A stretch of DNA of 8,391 bases from Azolla caroliniana (taxonomy: Eukaryota; Plantae; Polypodiophyta). The translations under genes and the position numbers were made by a program. Shown here piece after piece: positions 1 to 6,684 of the stretch. The stretch is taken from NCBI GenBank assembly GCA_043228905.1, contig JBHGNT010001444.1, positions 1 to 8,391 on the forward strand, in the 5' to 3' direction. The stretch's first letter is position 1; each line of letters starts with the position of its first letter. The notes under the pieces are model-generated. The model did no database searches, was not told the DNA's origin, and saw only the letters and a list, made by a program, of their open reading frames with translations.

Positions 1-77
1 ACAGCTTTCTCTGTCTCTTCTAAGAGTTGTGTTGGAGTCATCTTAGCAAACTCACAAACCCTATCTTGAGGTAAAAA
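1..77 (-). CDS. SMC5: SMC5 coding exon 5 (partial, runs off the window)
   Basis: Acceptor TTCCTTCAG ending at 78; FLPQDRVCEFAKMTPTQLLEETEKA(V). Confidence 0.93.
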
Positions 78-3000
78 CTGAAGGAAACAAAAATGAAGCC
101 CAATTTTCATAAGCAAAAAGCTGCTGACTGCCAATGTTGCAGCTGTTTTTCATTGTGTACAAACACCCAAGGAAAAAACTTTTCTTACTTGTGTCAAGTT
201 ATTCACTTGAATATTAAACTGTTGTACAACATCTAGAATGTCCCTCTTTGGTACAGGATTTCCTGTAGAAGACGTGAAAGAATGCATTAATTACATCTCT
301 CTGATGTATAGGAGATACATCACCAATCATTGCCTTGTACACGCCAACTTTCCAAGAATGCTCACCATCAAGTAGCCAATCTGACTTGTTTTGCTTGTTA
401 ATTTTCCTCGTTATTACAACAATCTGTCCAGGAGATGCCCCACGAAGAGTTAGTTTCACCCAGCCTGACTCTTCACCACGTTTCACATAGTCACCAATAT
501 TTGAAGCTCTGCCAAGCAACTGGAGTAATAAAAGATTAGACAAAACTCTTGAAACTTTCACTTCTATCACACATCCAAATGCAGCCAGAGGTTAAACCTG
601 AGGTTCTCCAGCAAGTCCAATAGCTATTGCACAAACAAGGGAGCTCTTTCCTGTGCCATTTGGACCGATGACAAGGTTTAGCCGCGGACCAGGCTTTGAG
701 ATCAAATGGGAATAGGTCATGAAGTTTTGCAGCTCAATTTCTAATATATTCCCTGGAGAATAATCATCTGCACCCCTACAAAATGAGATATCCATTACCA
801 ATTACTAACCTACACCTCCAATCTGGTCGACAGCATTGAAACAGAAGAAAATACAATATAGACAATCTCTAACTTTACATTTCAAAATTATATTTAGTTA
901 GATTTTTCATAAAAAGTTATATACCAAAAGAAAAATAAACACTCACAAAGAGAAGCAATAAATGTTAAGAAACTTTTTCTAAGTTTTGTGGCCAACAAAA
1001 ATAACCGGAGAATACCATTAATGAGATAAATGTTTCATCATTCTAATTCCTTTCATACCAACATTAATAATAAAAATGTTTTGTTTACCTCCAACATTAG
1101 TATTCTTTTCTATGCTGTCACTTCAAGGTCACCAAAATACTAATTTTACTTTCTACAAACAGTAAAACATAATGAGCACAATGGGCATGCCAAAAATAAT
1201 AGTTTTTAATTTGCGGGATATATATATACATTGCTTCTTGAAATTATAAAGCCTTCCAAAAGTCCTGTTCTGGGATGAATTGCATCCAAGCTATTGTCAA
1301 GTTCAGTTATATCTTTATTAGAAACATTGATAGAAAAGTATTTGAGTTGAAGCTCCCCCATGCAACAGTAGAAGATGGTGCATGCATCAAATGATACATA
1401 GCATCATCTCCCAAGATTGAGCACAATCCCCCAGCCAGTTCACAATGGAGGGCATTGATGCTCTAGGACATGATTTAATGAGAGTATTCAAGAACTGATC
1501 TATTCACACTATTACTCTCCTAGGTACATATTTCTTTGTACATTGTGTCCTCTGCATTACTTATATCCGTGGTTCATACGTCATTGTACTTTGATCACAG
1601 CCAAGTTGTATAGGGTATCTACCTAGTTTAGGTTCGATTTAAATTTGATTTATTTACCAGACCTCTATAAAATGGCATGAATGAGACTTCTGATCCCAGG
1701 TGTCACTTAATACAATAATTCATTTCATTTCTCTCTTCAGCTAAAATCTTTGTCTATTAAATTTCTCCAACTACTGTCATTACTGTCGAGTCTCCCTTCC
1801 CCTCTTCCTTGTTGCAAGATTTGGATGTTGAAGTCTCTAACGATTTCAAAGCTCAATGAGCTCTCTAATTCAAACATCCTACACAGATACAAGGATTTTA
1901 AAGGCATTTTTGTTATAGCCTGCAATGTGAGTTTCTTTTGAATTAAGATTCCTTCCATATTAAGGCTGGATATCTATTACATAAATGTATGTACTATGCA
2001 TGCATGAATATTTGTATACATATATACACATGCATATGTGAATGTATTTATCAAGAAGAAACCTCAGGTAATTATTCTTTCTTCAATCATGAAACTCAGA
2101 AACTTTTTTCGGCAAAACGAAACGAAACATTTCCGGTGACTATTTTCCCTGCCTCGGACATTTATTTCTCTCTTTTCTCTCTGTCTGGAATTTCCCTCTG
2201 ATCATTGTTTGCATGCTGAACTGCAAAAATGGTTCCCATCACATGGCATTGAAATGGACTAACTCCGTTCCAATATACCCTGGACTGTCTGTTTCTGAAC
2301 ATGAACAAACTGGAAATAATACAGAAATCTGAACTGACATCATCAAATTGGATAACAAAATACATGGGCCATCCGCACAACATCTCTTGCTAAGAAGATG
2401 GGCTACTATAACACGCTCTTTTTACAAAAGTCGCAAGATGGATTGATTATCAAACCTTCTTATATGGATACACAGCTACCTCATGCAATCCATAGTGTGA
2501 TAGGAAACTCAGGATCTCTTCACATTGGTTAGGGATTGATATAGCGAGATATGCAAGCAGACCTATGAAAGAACAGCCCTACCAGTTGAGTCATTAGGGG
2601 TGGTAATGGGTAACAGAATATGAAGATTAACAGTTCATGGGAAACATCCCAATTTTGAATTGGCCCATAAGGAAACTAATAAGGTACCTCCATTTTAGTT
2701 ATATTTATTTTGGCTTGTGTTCTCAGAGACAAAACAACAGCTATTTTGACCTCTTAAAAGCTGTTTCTTTCTCTCTCCATTCTGAAATTCAGAAAACAAA
2801 TTATATGATTTCATGCGAGCCAATTTTCTGAGAACCTTACAAACACTATCTGAAATATGAAACATTCGTTTACGCTTCAGTATGTAAGTTGTTCTCACAC
2901 AAAAAGAAATAGGTTTTTTCGCTTTGCATTGTCTCTACGACTTTCCAGTTATTTGAACATGAAAAGCTTTAACAAACCATGTATCGAAAAGAATGAAAAA

Positions 3001-3283
3001 TATACCAATATGATGTAAACAAAATGGTTGTTTGTCATATCTTCTTCTTAGTGATGTTTCAGAAATCCAGAAACCCCAAACTTTTGCTCAAAAAATTCTC
3101 ATTTGCAGAAACGAAGCCATAATGTTGATAACGCAGTGTTTATTTTTCAGACGTTAACCCCTGAATTTGAGCAATTTCAAAAGGCAGTTTTTATTTTGGA
3201 ATCCGGTTTGGATCTTACCTAGAATGTGCAGAAAGAAGAATCTTGGGTCGTTTAGCTGACGAAGAAGGAGCAGCCCTATCCAT
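1..3283 (-). CDS. SMC5: Structural maintenance of chromosomes protein 5, 5' portion; spliced join(3219..3283,598..775,366..519,189..262,<1..77); continues beyond the left edge
   Basis: Manual splicing at GT-AG sites gives MDRAAPSSSAKRPKILLSAHSR|GADDYSPGNILEIELQNFMTYSHLISKPGPRLNLVIGPNGTGKSSLVCAIAIGLAGEPQ|LLGRASNIGDYVKRGEESGWVKLTLRG...KSDWLLDG|NPVPKRDILDVVQQFNIQVNNLTQ|FLPQDRVCEFAKMTPTQLLEETEKA. It has a Walker A GPNGTGKS (643-666) and the SMC5-type Q-loop region NNLTQFLPQDRV.EFA, and closely resembles my recollection of the plant SMC5 N-terminus (AKRPK...RG.DD..PGNI.EIEL.NFMT). Confidence 0.95.
189..262 (-). CDS. SMC5: SMC5 coding exon 4
   Basis: Acceptor CTACAG ending at 263, donor CAA|GTAAGA at 188; 74 nt = 2+24 codons; (G)NPVPKRDILDVVQQFNIQVNNLTQ. 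Confidence 0.93.
366..519 (-). CDS. SMC5: SMC5 coding exon 3
   Basis: Acceptor CTCCAG ending at 520, donor G|GTGAG at 365; 154 nt = 51 codons+1; LLGRASNIGDYVKRGEESG...KSDWLLD. Confidence 0.93.
598..775 (-). CDS. SMC5: SMC5 coding exon 2 (Walker A / P-loop)
   Basis: Acceptor TTTGTAG ending at 776, donor CAG|GTTTAA at 597; 178 nt = 1+59 codons; encodes GADDYSPGNI...GPNGTGKSS...GEPQ. Confidence 0.95.
3219..3283 (-). CDS. SMC5: SMC5 coding exon 1 (MDRAAPSSSAKRPKILLSAHS-R); an alternative in-frame ATG at 3331 would add 16 aa
   Basis: ATG at 3283-3281; 65 nt ending AG|GTAAGA (donor at 3218). The phase-2 end fits exon 2, which starts with a single G (AG+G=Arg). The AKRPK motif matches the plant SMC5 N-terminus. 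Not in the ORF track. Confidence 0.85.
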
Positions 3284-3430
3284 ATTCGCAGAGCTCCGAG
3301 TTCGCTTGCTTTGAGCAGGCTCGCCTTTCATTTCTAATTTATTTTTTTTACTTTTATTTTGTTTAGTTTTCCTCTCTTTCTCTGAGTTCGGAAAGAGGAA
3401 GCGAAGCAGTGTAGAGCTCGGCCATGGCGG

Positions 3431-3438
3431 TTCCCGCC
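3431..3438 (-). promoter_or_regulatory. E2F-like binding site (TTCCCGCC / GGCGGGAA) upstream of SMC5
   Basis: 8/9 match to the canonical TTTCCCGCC, 100-150 nt upstream of the SMC5 start codon(s). DNA replication/repair genes are typical E2F targets in plants. Confidence 0.5.
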
Positions 3439-3512
3439 TTTTTCCTTCTTCTCTGTATGTAAAGAGAAGAATCGTTTAATAAATAAATTACAGGGCTATA
3501 CATACATATGTC

Positions 3513-3548
3513 TGTATGTATGTATGTATGTATGTATGTATGTATGTA
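3513..3548 (+). repeat. (TGTA)9 tetranucleotide microsatellite
   Basis: Nine perfect TGTA units read directly from the sequence. Confidence 0.95.
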
Positions 3549-3720
3549 GTTCCTTCCATGGTCACCGAGGACCCTTCTTTTGGGATACATACATACAAAT
3601 ACAAAGACAAATTACATATGTATAGAGTGTACATATTCTCTTATTATATTATTGGAGAGGGCGGTCAGGTTCATAGCACTTGCTCTCGATAATGTAATGA
3701 CTCTCAGAAACTCTACTAAT

Positions 3721-3728
3721 GACACGTG
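3721..3728. promoter_or_regulatory. G-box/ABRE-like motif GACACGTG in the SMC5 upstream region
   Basis: CACGTG core at 3723-3728, about 400 nt upstream of the SMC5 ATG; motif match only. Confidence 0.25.
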
Positions 3729-3779
3729 ACTCTCTCTCTCTGCCTCTGGCATCGACTCCACTCTGCGAAACTAAGCTTT

Positions 3780-3785
3780 GGCCCA
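3780..3785 (-). promoter_or_regulatory. Site II-like motif TGGGCC (TCP-type)
   Basis: GGCCCA on the plus strand in the SMC5 upstream region; single short motif match only. Confidence 0.2.
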
Positions 3786-4879
3786 TGGCGCTTGGTGAGA
3801 CCTCTCAGAACCCTCATATGAACACGGAATTAGGACACTGCTGCTACAAGCTTTGCTCACGAAAACCATGACAAACTAAGTCATGGTAGCTTAGGGTGCA
3901 TGGTGAGGAAGACCCTTGGGCAGTGCATTAATGTGCGAGGAGTATGTTAATCCTAGCATTTTATACCATATATATTTCATGGTTGGGAGAAGACTTGTGT
4001 TGTGTTGTTAATGGTTCAAACTCTAGAGCCATCATGGTTGTATCAAAGTTAGTTGCACATGGATCTACTTTTACAATCAAAGAAGAAAGGTATATTTGTT
4101 TTGGGTTTTTATAACTAGCATAGAAATGAGGACCCCTCCCCCCCCCAATCAATGTACGCTTTTCTCTACAGTGCCTTGTGCAGCTAATTGTCATTGTTTA
4201 CCTTTCTCATCATCATTCATCATGGCCGAGGCCAGTCATTGTTAACTAGTTAAGCTTTCATTGGTAATGTGTCATGGTCTTTTGTTGCTAGCCATAGCCC
4301 AACTCAATCATTGATTTTGTCGTTGAACAAAAGTTCTCATCGTCCTAATTGTCACATTTGCCGTTATTTTTGTTGTTGGAATGTTAACTGCAATCGTTTT
4401 TTGTTGCACCTTTGTTGTTCCTCATCCTCATAATACACTTAGTTTTATATAGATAAAAAAATGATTCAAGAAAAAAAGATTTTATCTTTTCAAACTATTT
4501 GCCCAAACAAACAATTTGAAACAAAAGTTGACTTTTCCTTTGCATGTATATCCTTGGGTGTATGTATATCATGTTGCCCAATTTAAGGAGTCCATATTTA
4601 TCAAAACGAATTATCGTTCTTATTTCTACTCATTTCCCACAAATATTTCCTATAAAACAATACACCTTGTAAATCTTTTTTTTATTTAAGAAAGATACAC
4701 CTTAGTATGTATATATTACTTGAAAACTATACATAAAGAAAACATAAGGAGACATTTCATCTCACTTCTTATTGTAAGATACAAAAGCTAGTATAAGCAT
4801 CTAATCAAACATACGATCTCACTACCTTGTAAATCTTTTATCAATATTTCAAAATTTAGAGTTGAGTATCTATAAACAA

Positions 4880-5351
4880 TAACAATCGGCAACGGTCGGT
4901 TTGAACCGAACCGAACCGCGAAACCGTGGTTTAACGGCTTAATAGTTTCAACGGTTCAGTTCGGAACAGTAAAAAACCGCGGTTTCAATCGTTTAACGGT
5001 TTTGAATTATTATTTTTTAAATTGTAAAAAAATCTAAAAAAATTTAAATTTTGTTTTTAAAGAATCATTTCATTTTTAGACCTTATTATCACATTTTAGG
5101 AACATCTTTAAAAATTTTAAAATTTTAAAAATGAAATATTATCAATTTTAAAAATTAAAAATTTGACCTATGTTGAAAACCGAAACCGAACCATGAAACC
5201 GCAGTTTTTACGGTTTAATGGTTTAACGGTTTGAAAAATGTTTACCGGTTCGGTTTAATAGTTTCATGGTTTGGTTCAGGTTTCAAAATTTTAAAACGAT
5301 TAGGTTTGGACCCTCTCAAACCAAACCAAACTAAACAGTTGCTGATTGTTA
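4880..5351. mobile_element. Non-autonomous hAT-like DNA transposon / MITE (472 bp)
   Basis: TIRs TAACAATCGGCAACGGT (4880-4896) vs reverse complement of 5335-5351 TAACAATCAGCAACTGT (15/17). It is flanked by an 8-bp near-duplication ATAAACAA (4872-4879) / ATAAACAG (5352-5359). Dense AACCG/CGGTT subterminal repeats lie at ~4893-5001 and ~5177-5337 around a very AT-rich core, with no ORF. An 8-bp TSD with short TIRs is typical of hAT. Confidence 0.82.
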
Positions 5352-6371
5352 ATAAACAGAGTCCATATTAATAGCTCAAAATCTATTGTCGAAAAATAAA
5401 TTCATATTCCAAGTTTTGCATCAATCTTAATTGCAATCCATGATATTGACATTGTCAAATTACTTCATTCTATGGGCTACCATTGTATGATCATCATTTG
5501 TTTTGACTACATATTTTCTATCCTCATCTTCTAGTCTATTTAAACATACTAATCTACAAATTATTGGTCCATTTTTGCTCCTTAAATCAATTGGTGATTC
5601 TTAAGTGGTGTGTAGATGATAGCTCCCTAAATGAAGCCACACTTATCCTTCCATCACTCACAAAGTTGATGTAGACATAACTTCTTGAATTACACCTTTC
5701 CAATGTTTAATAACCAATGTGTTCCTAGCATAGACCACTCGATTTGCAAAGTTTTCAACAAGCTTTTCTTTAACCATAAAGTATCATGCAACTCAATTAC
5801 CTAATTCATTGGTTCCCAATGCAGTCTAAATGCACCATCTCAAACATGGCAATATTTATGACATGTGATACCCTCACAAACGATGTCACCACATTTTCGA
5901 ATCATACTCCAACCCAAGAATGCGTGAAGTCAATGTTCAAATGGACAAAGAAAACAATAAAAAACCTTGGGGTTTAACAAAAGCATGTCTACATCATGTT
6001 ATGGTCATGAATATACTTTCAAACATACTTGCAAATTCATGGCAACATTGAATTTCCATTTTCAAACATGGATTTCTAATTATAAGTAAATCTAGATGGT
6101 GCTTTCATGGCTTCTCATTATCACAATTGTAATCCCTGCTAAATTATGCTTCTATTTGAGTTCAAAAGTAACATAAACATGTAGGAATTGTTGTCCAATA
6201 TAAATATAAAGATTCAAATTGTACATTATACAATATCCATGTCAATTATTCCATTCTATCTTTTGGTAGTCTCTAACCATGAAGTCACATATGAGTATGT
6301 TACCCTATTTTCTTCAATGTTCTTTTCCAAAATGCACTAGGCTCCCAAAACAGTACATGAACACTTGTTAT

Positions 6372-6377
6372 TTTATT
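6372..6377 (-). terminator. Candidate polyadenylation signal AATAAA for the URH1-like gene
   Basis: AATAAA on the minus strand about 195 nt downstream of the stop codon. Plant poly(A) signals are degenerate, so this is weak. Confidence 0.3.
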
Positions 6378-6572
6378 TTACAAAAGGGTTGTTTGGGCAC
6401 ACAAAGGGGGCAGAGAAAAAAAGAAAGATAAATTAATGTATATTCGGTGGTCGAAATCTTCCCCAATCTATTGCATGCTTTTTTTAACAAATTTCCCTTC
6501 TTGATGTTTCATCTTGTTCGATTTGAAGGGGCAATATTGAAAGAAGTTGATACAAGAAAGAGGCATCAAATT

Positions 6573-6684
6573 TTAATGATGTCTTTTTAGACGCTCTTTG
6601 ACTAGGTTAACCACACCTTGGGCATTGACAGTCCATCCAACACTTACTTGTGGTTGATTTGTCCAAGGATTACTACCATTCCAT
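6573..6684 (-). CDS. URH1: URH1/NSH1-like terminal coding exon (WNGSNPW...RLKRHH*)
   Basis: Acceptor AATAG ending at 6685; A + 36 codons + TAA (6575-6573). Not in the ORF track. Confidence 0.92.

Noticed and set aside
214-801. ORF-track entries 214..570 and 592..801 as standalone proteins
   Set aside because: They are SMC5 exons 3 and 2 with read-through into introns.
1981-2050. Alternating purine-pyrimidine (ATGC/ATAC) tract with a CATGCATG RY-like motif
   Set aside because: Low-complexity decayed microsatellite; its self-complementarity is expected from composition.
1737-2898. Six short ORFs (63-73 aa) on both strands in SMC5 intron 1
   Set aside because: No recognisable domain, overlapping/antisense to each other, with compositions typical of chance ORFs in AT-rich intron DNA.
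3363-3590. 75-aa ORF as a gene
   Set aside because: It runs through the microsatellite (YIHT repeats). Only the last 20 codons from ATG 3425 are kept, as a candidate uORF.
3961-4440. 77-aa ORF and TCA/TGT-rich stretch as a gene or TE protein
   Set aside because: No recognisable motif or splice structure; low-complexity intergenic sequence.
4893-5337. AACCG arrays as a CRISPR array or telomere-like repeat
   Set aside because: No constant repeat-spacer periodicity, eukaryotic context, and not TTTAGGG; explained as transposon subterminal repeats.
5400-6300. Possible transposase remnant, ORF 5786..5977, or C/D snoRNA (ATGATGA on the minus strand near 5497)
   Set aside because: The frames I checked gave no transposase/RT motif, and there is no CTGA D box at a suitable distance or terminal stem.
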